Assembly: GCA_964419565.1 (NCBI GenBank)
Contig: CAYQPW010000001.1
Coordinates: forward strand, 88,754-152,753
Direction: 5' to 3'
Origin: an uncultured bacterium
GTDB lineage: Bacteria; Hydrothermota; Tepidihabitantia; SM23-42
DNA length: 64,000 nucleotides
The position numbers were made by a program, and so were the translations under genes. The notes under the pieces are model-generated. The model searched no databases. It was given only the letters and a program-made list of their open reading frames with translations, and was not told the origin of the DNA. This document shows positions 55,560 through 64,000 of this stretch, piece after piece; within the stretch, counting starts at the first letter, position 1, and each line of letters starts with the position of its first letter.

Positions 55560-55810
55560 AGAGTTCCTCCTTCAAGATACCGGGCAATGGCTACTGAACC
55601 GACAAAAGTCAAGACCGCATATACCAATGATACATCGAGATAGACCTGCCTCTGGAGTATGAAGCCGATCAAAACTAAGAGGGCGGTCGTGACGGTCACT
55701 GCCGTATCAAGGGCAACGGCACGATCAGGAGCAGTCGGTCCTTTTAGCATTCTTAAAAGACAGAGTACTACACCACATCCGATGATCACCAGATAGATAG
55801 TTCCTATCAT
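55556..55810 (-). CDS. MrpF-like subunit (Mbx-B-like)
   Basis: ...RMLKGPTAPDRAVALDT...LDVSLVYAVLTFVGSVAIARYLE... Confidence 0.7.
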   Translation of the reverse strand: MIGTIYLVIIGCGVVLCLLRMLKGPTAPDRAVALDTAVTVTTALLVLIGFILQRQVYLDVSLVYAVLTFVGSVAIARYLEGGTL

Positions 55811-56277
55811 TGAAATATAACCTTTAAAATTTTCTCGAATTTTTCGCCAATAATTTTTGTCGTTGTATCGATATCGACTGCTTTGACATCTATCCAGTGG
55901 ATGAGCATTTTATCTTCCTGAATATCAAGTGTAAATGTTCCCGGTGTAAGGGTGATGGAGTTGGCAAGGACTGTCTTTGCGATATCTGATTTAAGTTCCG
56001 TGTGTATGATAACGACCCCGGGGTTTATCGGGAGCGCGGGATGTATTACGCGCAGCGCTACGTCAAAATTTGCTTTTATTATTTCGAAAAAAAGAACTGC
56101 GATATACCAAAGAAAATATATAACGCGTTTTGGATTTATTGCAGGAAAACCGAGTCCGAGGTAGAATTCATTGGCAAAGAGAGCAATAAGAAATGCCACG
56201 ATTGCGCCGGTCCATAGTTTCTGATAATGGAATGATGTTGTAAGCAAAAGCCATAAAAAGAGTAAGAAAAAGAACAT
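55807..56277 (-). CDS. MrpE-like subunit (Mbx-A-like); first gene of the cluster
   Basis: 156 aa, N-terminal TM helices. 4-nt overlap with mrpF-like. Confidence 0.6.
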   Translation of the reverse strand: MFFFLLFLWLLLTTSFHYQKLWTGAIVAFLIALFANEFYLGLGFPAINPKRVIYFLWYIAVLFFEIIKANFDVALRVIHPALPINPGVVIIHTELKSDIAKTVLANSITLTPGTFTLDIQEDKMLIHWIDVKAVDIDTTTKIIGEKFEKILKVIFQ

Positions 56278-56396
56278 CCAGATAAAGCTCTTGAGCCTGT
56301 CCTTAAGCCTGACTTTTTGGTCCGTACGATCTCCTTTTAGTTTATATTATTCTGGTTGGGGTGATCATAATACCCCTCTTTTACTACGATAATAAC

Positions 56397-56425
56397 CATT
56401 ATATGCATAATATTATATTTGTCAA
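56397..56425 (-). promoter_or_regulatory. candidate sigma-70 promoter (TTGACA-N16-TATAAT on minus strand) for the mrp/nuo-like operon
   Basis: Reverse complement reads cacTTGACAaatataatattatgcaTATAATgg, ~120 nt upstream of the mrpE-like ATG. Coordinates +/-2 nt. Confidence 0.4.
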
Positions 56426-56508
56426 GTGCTTTATTTTTCGATATTTTACTATATTTATATAAAGTTATAATTTAATTCGCCAGCTACGAAAAGTTGATGC
56501 AGCATCCA

Positions 56509-56537
56509 TTGACATGGATTTAAAATTCAATAATAAT
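56509..56537 (+). promoter_or_regulatory. candidate sigma-70 promoter TTGACA-N17-AATAAT for the CGGC-domain gene
   Basis: TTGACA 56509-56514. The ATG at 56514 used by the ORF track lies inside this -35 box, which supports the downstream start at 56571. Confidence 0.35.
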
Positions 56538-56570
56538 AGTCAACATCGAAGTAAAACAGGGGGTGTTTTA

Positions 56571-57014
56571 ATGGAAAAGATAAATATCGGAATAATAATA
56601 TGTCATCGTTACCATACCTGCGCTGGTGGCAAGTGCTTGCGCGCGGCCCGTAACCGTGAGGGCGCATTCAGTGTGTACCGTAATAAAGACATAGAGATCG
56701 TCGGGTACACCTCCTGCAACGGCTGCCCAGGCGGCAATATCGAGTATGCGCCTGAAGAGATGAAGAAAAACGGCGCAACGGTTATACATCTTGCAACCGG
56801 CCTGGTAGTCGGCTACCCGCCCTGTCCATACATCGCGCATTTTAGGAATTTTATCAAGGAAAAGTTTGATATGGATGTGGTTATCGGTACACATCCGATC
56901 CCGCAGAAATACTATATAACGCATACAGCCTTAAAAACATGGAATACACCAGAATGGAAAGAGTTTATCAAGCCGACCTTGGTCGATCAAGCTCTTCGTC
57001 AAGCTTACGATTGA
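56571..57014 (+). CDS. CGGC-domain protein (predicted metal-binding, ~147 aa)
   Basis: MEKINIGIIICHRYHTCAGGKCL...YTSCNGCPGG... cysteine pattern. Divergent from the mbx-like operon. Confidence 0.6.
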   Translation: MEKINIGIIICHRYHTCAGGKCLRAARNREGAFSVYRNKDIEIVGYTSCNGCPGGNIEYAPEEMKKNGATVIHLATGLVVGYPPCPYIAHFRNFIKEKFDMDVVIGTHPIPQKYYITHTALKTWNTPEWKEFIKPTLVDQALRQAYD

Positions 57015-57039
57015 GCAGGGCGCTGAAAGGAGAATAGTC

Positions 57040-58209
57040 ATGAGTACTTTATGGCAGGCAGCTGATCGGGTGAATAAGATCGCGAAATCAGCGATCCACG
57101 AGATGACACGTCTATCCCAGCAGATCAAGGATGTCGCTTTTCTCTCTTGGGCAAAGCCCACATCAGGCACGCCTGCTCATATCAATGCTGCAGCAATCGA
57201 TGCTATTAACAAGGGATTAGTCGGTGGTTACTCACCGACTAACGGCTTGCTATTGCTGCGTGAAGCAGTTGCCGTAAAACTAAGGCGCGATAACAGAATA
57301 CCGGCCAAGGCTTCAGATGTGATCATCACCGTAGGTGCCATCGAAGGATTGGCAGCCGCATGCATGGCCGTGCTTGATCCAGGCGACGAGGTGATATTGC
57401 CATCGCCAACATATTCAACGCACATCCGGCAGGTCTTGCTTGCGTCAGGAAAGCCGGTTTTTGTGCCGACGATCGAAGAGCAGGGATTTGCGCTCGATAT
57501 CCAAGGGGTCAAAAAAGCGATAACGCCAAAAACAAAAGCGATAATGTACTGCTCGCCATCCAATCCATCGGGTACGGTATTTAGCGAGGCTCAATTAAGG
57601 CAGCTTGCGGAAATCGCCATGGAACACAAGATCATGGTCATCACTGACGAGGCTTATGAATATTTCGTGTACGACGGGCATGAGCACTTCAGCATCGGAT
57701 CGATCCCCGAGATGAAAAAGCAGGTTATCAGCTGTTTTACATTCACTAAGACTTATGCCATGACCGGATGGCGGATAGGCTATCTGCACGCGAATGAGGA
57801 ATTGGTTCCGCAGATCGAAAAAGCGCATATACCGTTTGCGATCTGTGCGCCGGTCGTATCGCAGTATGCTGCCCTTGCCGCACTCACTGGTCCGCAAGCG
57901 TGCGTAACCGAATTTCGTGAACACTACAAGTCGGCGCGCGATCTGATGTGTGAACGGCTTGCAAAGCTCAGCCCGGTTTTTACTTTTCAGAAACCGAGCG
58001 GGTCATACCTGATGTTTCCACGTATTCTCGCGCCTGAGGGAAAAGACTCGGCAACATTCTGCAAGCGCCTTTTGCAGGAAGCCAAGGTATCGACAACACC
58101 CGGTGTTGCTTTTGGCCCGACCGGTGAAAGCCATTTGAGACTGTCGTTTTGCGTTCCCCATGATACTATCAACCGGGCATTCGACCGGATGGAAAAATAC
58201 TTTTCATGA
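57040..58209 (+). CDS. class I/II (aspartate-aminotransferase-family) PLP-dependent aminotransferase
   Basis: PLP-lysine motif ...FTFTKTYAMTGWRIGY... 389 aa. Confidence 0.85.
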   Translation: MSTLWQAADRVNKIAKSAIHEMTRLSQQIKDVAFLSWAKPTSGTPAHINAAAIDAINKGLVGGYSPTNGLLLLREAVAVKLRRDNRIPAKASDVIITVGAIEGLAAACMAVLDPGDEVILPSPTYSTHIRQVLLASGKPVFVPTIEEQGFALDIQGVKKAITPKTKAIMYCSPSNPSGTVFSEAQLRQLAEIAMEHKIMVITDEAYEYFVYDGHEHFSIGSIPEMKKQVISCFTFTKTYAMTGWRIGYLHANEELVPQIEKAHIPFAICAPVVSQYAALAALTGPQACVTEFREHYKSARDLMCERLAKLSPVFTFQKPSGSYLMFPRILAPEGKDSATFCKRLLQEAKVSTTPGVAFGPTGESHLRLSFCVPHDTINRAFDRMEKYFS

Positions 58210-58276
58210 GACCGCGTTGATAAATATACGAGTACGAACTTCTGATCTCCTGATATTCTTTTAAACGTGGTGTTAG

Positions 58277-58954
58277 CTAATGTGGTTTTATTTCACAAAA
58301 GACACTCGACCCGTCGACTTCCTTGATCGCTACATCGATATCAAAGCCAGATGTCAATTTTTCAAAATCATGCGGCCGTACTGTGCGCGCGGTAAACCCA
58401 TCTTTGGAAACGATAACGCCGTCGCGTGTGCCTTTCAAATCGATCTTGCCGAGCAAACCGGCATCAGCCTGGATCTTGAACCAGTTCAGCCGTTCTGACC
58501 AGAACTTGTCCGCGTAACTTGAAAACAATATCGTGCCCCCGGGTTTTGTAATGCGGATGCTTTCACGTATCAGTTCTTTTTGGTCGACATGGAACGCTGA
58601 AATACCGTTCTGTATGCAGACAACCGTATCGAATGACGCGTTGCGAAAGCTCGTGCAGATCGCATTCATATTAAATAACGCATAATTAGAAAAAGCCTTC
58701 ATCGTTTCTTTGCAAAGCGACAAACTTGCAAACGAAGTATCAATGCCCGCTGCAATACCCGCGCGCCCGGCAAGGCGCGCGAGCACGCGACCGTATCCGC
58801 AGCCCAGTTCCAGGACCAAGGATTCAGCATTTATCTTCTTGAGAACATATTGTATTTCTGATTCCAGATACTGTTTGACTCTTGACGGAGCGATCTCATA
58901 GCACTGCCTTAGCTTATCCGCCGCGAGTTTTTCCTGGTAATAATCGCAATTCAC
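58277..58954 (-). CDS. class I SAM-dependent methyltransferase
   Basis: Motif I ...VLELGCGYGRVLARLA... 225 aa. Confidence 0.75.
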   Translation of the reverse strand: MNCDYYQEKLAADKLRQCYEIAPSRVKQYLESEIQYVLKKINAESLVLELGCGYGRVLARLAGRAGIAAGIDTSFASLSLCKETMKAFSNYALFNMNAICTSFRNASFDTVVCIQNGISAFHVDQKELIRESIRITKPGGTILFSSYADKFWSERLNWFKIQADAGLLGKIDLKGTRDGVIVSKDGFTARTVRPHDFEKLTSGFDIDVAIKEVDGSSVFCEIKPH

Positions 58955-59147
58955 GGTAATATTCTATCCGTAACTAAGGCACGGTGCAAGACTCTGTGTT
59001 TCTTTTTGCTTGCATTTCACGATTTTTTCACATATACTCGGGCAACACCTACCTGCTAAGGCGATCAGATGTATTTATAAACGGTACAGGATAGACAAAA
59101 TATCCGGGCCTGCTAGCGCGCAGGTCAGTCCCCGATTCGCAGGTGTC

Positions 59148-60236
59148 CTACCTGTTTTGAGTAACATCGAAAGGAGAAGCATCGAAGGGCTGGTGTCCTT
59201 CTTTTTCGCGCGAAATTTTGATCAACATCAGGATCCCGGCCGTGCACATCATAACGCCGATCGCAATTACTATCAGCTCAGCGAGGACATTCTGGTCTAT
59301 TGATGCGTTATTTGACATTGTCGGATCACGCAAACCGTAGTAAAATATTAACGCAGTTATGTTAGTGAAACTGTGCGCTATGATGCATGCCCATACAGAC
59401 CGGGTCAATATGTATAACCAGGCTAATATCAAACCAATAATAAAACCCCATATCATGAGCACGTACTGGCCGTGCATAATGCCGAACAAAAGCGCGGTAA
59501 TAATAATCGCTCCTGCAGTCGAGTATCTTTTTAAATAGCCGCGTAAGAGCAGGCCCCGAAAGAACAATTCCTCAATTACCGGAGCAATAATAACGATGAA
59601 TAAAAATGACCATACGATGCCCTGAGTATATATTCCGACAAGATCTTCCATTAGTATCTTGTCCAAATTTCTGTACTCGGGGATCAGTTTGAAGGTGATC
59701 GATCCGATCCCGGCAAAACAACCGCGTAAACCCAGCAGCACGACACAGATCATTATTAATGGGAGCCACCTGAACGCCCTGAGCGAAAAGACTTTCTTAA
59801 ACGGTTCTTTGACCTGTGTATAGCCGAAGTACATAGTAATGATCATCGCCGTGCTCACAATAAAATACATTATGACAGGATCCTTGTGCATCGGATAACG
59901 AATTATTGTACCGATAATTACGATATTAAAGACCAAAATACTAATGGCCGCCATGTAAATAAGAAACAGCAATAATGTCTGGGAGAAACCCGGGAAAGGT
60001 TTTGAAGGCGCGGCGGGCACGTCTACGTCGACGATGACGCTTTGTTTTTTCACTGGCGGTTTTTCATCGTAAACCGGGGGTCTATTATGGTATTCTGGTT
60101 CCTTATTTGTTTCGGCCGCATCCATGGGTATTATGTTTTCTGCACCGCAATTTCGGCACTTTGCCTGTTCGCCAGGTTTCAAGTACTTTACCACGATGGC
60201 GTGACCGCATTCTTTACAGCGAAATTCCAATGCCAT
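59148..60236 (-). CDS. CPBP-family intramembrane metalloprotease (CAAX protease/Abi) with N-terminal zinc ribbon
   Basis: N-terminal CKECG...CRNCG. Motifs EELFFRG, FGIMHG, HSFTN in the membrane domain. Confidence 0.8.
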   Translation of the reverse strand: MALEFRCKECGHAIVVKYLKPGEQAKCRNCGAENIIPMDAAETNKEPEYHNRPPVYDEKPPVKKQSVIVDVDVPAAPSKPFPGFSQTLLLFLIYMAAISILVFNIVIIGTIIRYPMHKDPVIMYFIVSTAMIITMYFGYTQVKEPFKKVFSLRAFRWLPLIMICVVLLGLRGCFAGIGSITFKLIPEYRNLDKILMEDLVGIYTQGIVWSFLFIVIIAPVIEELFFRGLLLRGYLKRYSTAGAIIITALLFGIMHGQYVLMIWGFIIGLILAWLYILTRSVWACIIAHSFTNITALIFYYGLRDPTMSNNASIDQNVLAELIVIAIGVMMCTAGILMLIKISREKEGHQPFDASPFDVTQNR

Positions 60237-60367
60237 GCATATTCCCCTGATGTATTATTGCACTAATGGACAGGATGTCAATAGTCTTTTTCTTGGATTA
60301 TAAAGGTAAGAAAATCCTTGCCAACGGACGAATTTCGAGTAAACTATAAGGATAACCTGGAGTAAAA

Positions 60368-61543
60368 ATGAAAAAAATATTTCAATTAAAAAATACCATT
60401 ATGGTATTATGTATCCTTGCACTTGTCAGTACCGCACAGGCGCAGGATCCTGACTCGGCAGAGGTCGAGGAAGCAAAACAGTATTATTCTTTTGGACAGG
60501 AATACCTCAGGCAGAAAAATTTCGACAAAGCCATCGAGAGCTTTGATAAAGCTATCGGAATATGGCCCGGATATTTTTCCGCCTACATAGCGCTCGCCGC
60601 CACTTATACCGCCGTGTCATTTATCGCCGATGCCGAGTCCACCTATGCCACTGCCAAGCGTTTGTTTCCCGACAGCTCAAAAGCATATGAAGGACTCGCT
60701 ATCCTGTATCTCGACCGGAAAGATTACCAGGCAGCAATATTGCAATATAATGAAGGATTGCAAAGACATCCGGACGAACTCAAACTTCTTTATGGTCTGG
60801 GTTATGTATACATGCAGGAAAAGGAATACAACACGGCACTTGAATACTATAACCGGGTGCTGGCCCTGGATCCCGAGTACCTTGAAGCAATGGTTGCCAT
60901 CGCTGACCTGTATATTGAAAAAGGCGTCTCAGAGAGCGCCACGGGTTATCTTCTTGATGTGCTCAAGAAGAGACCGGATAATATCATGATCCGCGAAAAA
61001 CTGGCGAATGTTTATATCGACCTTAAAGATTACAAAAAGGCAGCTGGGCAGTACGCGCATATTACGACCCTGGAGCCGGAAAACTACTACTACTTTCTGC
61101 AGTTAGGACTCGTCTATAAATGGGACAAGAAATTTGCGCGCGCCGACACGGCGCTGAAAAAAGCGCACAAGCTTAAGCCGGAAAGTGCTGAGGTTTTATT
61201 CCAGATTGCTGACCTGTATATTTCCTGGGGGAAATACGGCGCCGCCGAGGATTACGTAAAAGATGCGCTCGCCCTGAGCCCGGGCAATGCCTACGGCGAT
61301 TACCTGTACGGGGATATTTACCTGCGCCGCGGTTATTCCTACTATGTCGCATGGATGAAAGAAAAGAAAAAGGCGAACTGCCCGAAACTGAACACGGCGC
61401 TCAGCTATTTTAATACCGCTGTGTCGTATTTCAATAAGGTCGCATCCGACCCTACGTTCGGTTCATACTCAAGACAGAACATAGGCAGCTGTAATAAATA
61501 CATAGCAACCCTGAACGAGGATAAGTGGTTCTACTGTAAATAA
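60368..61543 (+). CDS. secreted TPR-repeat protein
   Basis: Signal peptide ...ALVSTAQAQ. About 8 TPR units (AY..LG..Y...K.Y..A...Y...L). Confidence 0.75.
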   Translation: MKKIFQLKNTIMVLCILALVSTAQAQDPDSAEVEEAKQYYSFGQEYLRQKNFDKAIESFDKAIGIWPGYFSAYIALAATYTAVSFIADAESTYATAKRLFPDSSKAYEGLAILYLDRKDYQAAILQYNEGLQRHPDELKLLYGLGYVYMQEKEYNTALEYYNRVLALDPEYLEAMVAIADLYIEKGVSESATGYLLDVLKKRPDNIMIREKLANVYIDLKDYKKAAGQYAHITTLEPENYYYFLQLGLVYKWDKKFARADTALKKAHKLKPESAEVLFQIADLYISWGKYGAAEDYVKDALALSPGNAYGDYLYGDIYLRRGYSYYVAWMKEKKKANCPKLNTALSYFNTAVSYFNKVASDPTFGSYSRQNIGSCNKYIATLNEDKWFYCK

Positions 61544-61544
61544 T

Positions 61545-61585
61545 CCGGGGATGCGTATGATAGCATCCCTTCTTTTCTCCAGCTT
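61545..61585 (+). terminator. candidate rho-independent terminator
   Basis: cc-GGGATGC-gtatgata-GCATCCC-ttcttttctcc. Confidence 0.5.
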
Positions 61586-61828
61586 GCCCGGTTAAACGAA
61601 GTTGGACATGAGTGTAGTGTGTATCCCTTTTCTCCTTCATTCAGTGAATATCCCTGTTCCGCATCGCGGAATCCCGACTTCTTCTATAAATCAATTTGTC
61701 AGGCAATTTTAAAACCGGGATAATCAACGATAACACAGTTATCATTGACATTTCAATATTTCTCTCTATACTTAAGTATCCTATTTAGATAAGTTGATTA
61801 ATGCATAACAATTGGCCAAGGAGGAAAC

Positions 61829-64000
61829 ATGTGTCGCATAGCATTAATTGTATCATTACTATTCCTGTCATTTGCATTCAATCAGGCAGGTGATGTCTCA
61901 ATACAAGAAAGTCGTTTGATCCCTAAATTATTGAACTACCAGGGTTATCTTACCGACACGCTCGGTATTCCGATCGATGATACACTCGACGTGACCTTCA
62001 AGGTTTTCGATGCCGTATCGAGCGGTAATGAGCTGTGGTCAGAGATGCAAACAAATGTGCCGATCGAACGCGGCGTGTTCAGCGTCATGCTCGGTGGAAT
62101 AACACCGATCCCGGACAGCGTGTTTGCTGATTTCACGAGTACGTGGCTGGAACTCACGCTCGAAGGTCCGCAGACTCTCACACCCCGCACGCGTATCGTA
62201 TCGTCAGCTTACGCCTACACTGCAACCTATTCAGACACGGCGCTTTACGCGATTAATGCGGTCCCGGACAATGACTGGAATTTTCGCGTGACCGATGGCG
62301 CGGATACGACCCTGCAAATGAACGGTCGCTGGGGCATGGCGCGTTTCGGCAATACGATGATTGGCAACGCCGACAGCACGCATACTAACCTTGGTATCGG
62401 CAGCACTACAGGGTTCCCCAGTCAAAATTTTAAATATTGCACAATCGGCGGCGGCTACGGCAACACAGCCAGAGGCCCAGGGGCGACAATAAGCGGCGGC
62501 TACGGCAATAGCGAGATTGTCAATGGCAATGGAGCAACAATCGGCGGCGGTTACTACAACTCATCCAATCATGAGTATACGACAGTAGGCGGCGGCTACA
62601 GTAACTATGCCGGTCAATTTGGGGCGACAATAAGCGGCGGCTACGACAATAATGCCAGTAGTTATTGTGCAACAATAAGTGGCGGGTACCAAAACGTAGC
62701 CAGTACTAATGATTTTGCGACCGTGGGCGGCGGCAGAGCCAATCTAGCCAGTAGCTTTGCTGCGACCGTGGGCGGCGGTACCTACAACACTGCCAGCGCT
62801 AGTAATGCGACCGTTGGTGGCGGTACTTATAATACCGCGAGCGCTAACTTTGCGATCGTGACCGGTGGATACTATAACGGTAATGCTGGTGATTATTCCG
62901 CGATCCTTGGTGGTTACGCAGATACGATCACGGCGGCCGGGGACTATTCCTACCTCTTTGGCATCAATAGCAACCTTACCCAGGATTCGACATTCATGGT
63001 CGACATGCCGCATATCTGGTTTGGTACTGAAGCAGCTGGTTATGAATTCCCGACAACCGACGGTACTAATGGCCAGGCGCTCGTTACAGATGGCAGCGGT
63101 CAGGTATCATGGGCGGCGACGAACGACAATGACTGGAATTTTCTTGTGTCCGATGGTGCGGATACGACACTGCAAATGGGCGGCCGCTGGGGTCTGGCGC
63201 GTTTCGGCAACACGATGTACGGTAATGCTGACAGCACGCATGTGAACTTCGGCGTGGCCTGCACGACTGGAACAAATGGGCAAAACTATGGATATTGCAC
63301 AGTTGGCGGCGGATACTATAACTCAGCCGGCGGTGGTTTCAGTGCAACCGTGAGTGGTGGAGATTATAACAAGGCCAACGGGAATCGTGCAACTGTGGGT
63401 GGTGGACAGAGTAACACTGCTAGCGGTTGGTGTGCGACAGTTAGTGGTGGAATCTTCAACACGGCCAGCAATTGGTATGCGACCGTGGGTGGCGGAGAAC
63501 AAAACGGAGCCGGCAACCAATATGCGACCGTGGGTGGCGGCCGCCAAAACACCGCCAGCGGCTGGATCGCGACGGTGTCCGGCGGATGGAACAACACCGC
63601 CAGTAGCGATAGAGCAACTGTGAGCGGAGGAGAAGCCAACATGGCCAGTGATCAATATACGACCGTGGGTGGTGGACAAGCGAACATAGCTAGCAGCGTG
63701 CATGCGACCGTGGCCGGCGGGCGCGAAAACACCGCCAGCGGTTATGCTGCAATCGTAGGCGGTGGATGGGGCAATATTGCTAGCGGCTATTGTGCGACCG
63801 TGGGCGGTGGCGGGGATAATGACGCAGGTGAATATGCTACCGTAGGCGGCGGTGGGTTTAATCATGTGGCGGGTAGGTATTCCGCGATCTTGGGCGGGTA
63901 CGCGGATACAATCGCGGCGACCGGCGATTATTCCTACCTCTTTGGCATCAACAGCAACCTTACCCAGGATTCGACATTCATGGTCGACATGCCGCATATC
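61829..64000 (+). CDS. large secreted beta-roll repeat protein, paralog 3 (3' end beyond window; >=724 aa)
   Basis: AAGGAGG RBS, ATG at 61829, signal peptide, same N-domain (LLNYQGYLTDTLGIPIDDTLDVTFKVFDAVSSGNELWSE...). Reading frame checked open by hand. Absent from the ORF track only because no stop occurs before nt 64000. Contains two NDWNF...YSYLFGINSNLTQDSTFMVDMPHI modules. Confidence 0.75.
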   Translation, partial: MCRIALIVSLLFLSFAFNQAGDVSIQESRLIPKLLNYQGYLTDTLGIPIDDTLDVTFKVFDAVSSGNELWSEMQTNVPIERGVFSVMLGGITPIPDSVFADFTSTWLELTLEGPQTLTPRTRIVSSAYAYTATYSDTALYAINAVPDNDWNFRVTDGADTTLQMNGRWGMARFGNTMIGNADSTHTNLGIGSTTGFPSQNFKYCTIGGGYGNTARGPGATISGGYGNSEIVNGNGATIGGGYYNSSNHEYTTVGGGYSNYAGQFGATISGGYDNNASSYCATISGGYQNVASTNDFATVGGGRANLASSFAATVGGGTYNTASASNATVGGGTYNTASANFAIVTGGYYNGNAGDYSAILGGYADTITAAGDYSYLFGINSNLTQDSTFMVDMPHIWFGTEAAGYEFPTTDGTNGQALVTDGSGQVSWAATNDNDWNFLVSDGADTTLQMGGRWGLARFGNTMYGNADSTHVNFGVACTTGTNGQNYGYCTVGGGYYNSAGGGFSATVSGGDYNKANGNRATVGGGQSNTASGWCATVSGGIFNTASNWYATVGGGEQNGAGNQYATVGGGRQNTASGWIATVSGGWNNTASSDRATVSGGEANMASDQYTTVGGGQANIASSVHATVAGGRENTASGYAAIVGGGWGNIASGYCATVGGGGDNDAGEYATVGGGGFNHVAGRYSAILGGYADTIAATGDYSYLFGINSNLTQDSTFMVDMPHI

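Overview
This 64-kb window looks like chromosome from an uncultivated anaerobic bacterium, probably in the FCB-type lineages. The basis is four ORFs ending in a Por_Secre_tail-like (T9SS) C-terminal domain (...GIYF-E-DG-I--KIVKIR). Separately, strong AGGAGG ribosome-binding sites and several near-perfect TTGACA-N16/17-TATAAT promoters suggest E. coli-like sigma-70 promoters rather than a Bacteroidota-type consensus. No rRNA, tRNA, CRISPR, integrase or transposase was recognised.

Main content, left to right:
- A partial T9SS cargo gene, a malic enzyme and a class-V aminotransferase (cysteine-desulfurase family).
- A TAXI-TRAP transporter (fused DctQM permease plus TAXI receptor).
- A Hanks-type Ser/Thr kinase with a duplicated C-terminal domain, followed by an Hsp20.
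- A minus-strand efflux operon: tetR, a beta-barrel OMP, tolC-like, an MFP adaptor and an RND pump, with a perfect 13+13 bp operator palindrome upstream.
- A TPR protein and an M14 carboxypeptidase T9SS cargo.
- An accessory-looking stretch with small alpha-crystallin-like paralogs, a histone-fold-like protein, secreted hypotheticals, a TonB-dependent receptor, a CrtI-like oxidoreductase, a beta-lactamase-fold hydrolase, a 7-bladed FG-GAP/VCBS propeller T9SS cargo, and mosaic intergenic repeats.
- A STAND ATPase-TPR-SARP(BTAD) regulator and a double-zinc-ribbon gene, directly upstream of two tandem ~980-aa paralogous secreted proteins built from 15-residue GGG-N-AS beta-roll repeats. A third paralog runs off the 3' window edge.
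- A 13-gene, 10.5-kb minus-strand cluster with the gene order of the archaeal Mbx/Mbs respiratory complexes: mrpE-F-G, mbhD-like, mrpB-C, two mrpD/nuoL-like, then nuoH-B-C-D-I. The NuoD-like subunit has no NiFe-ligand cysteines. The NuoI-like ferredoxin subunit is fused to a full GltD/SudA-like NAD(P)H flavoprotein. This is the most interesting candidate system.
- Flanking the cluster: a CGGC-domain protein, a class I/II aminotransferase, a SAM methyltransferase, a CPBP protease with an N-terminal zinc ribbon, and a TPR protein.
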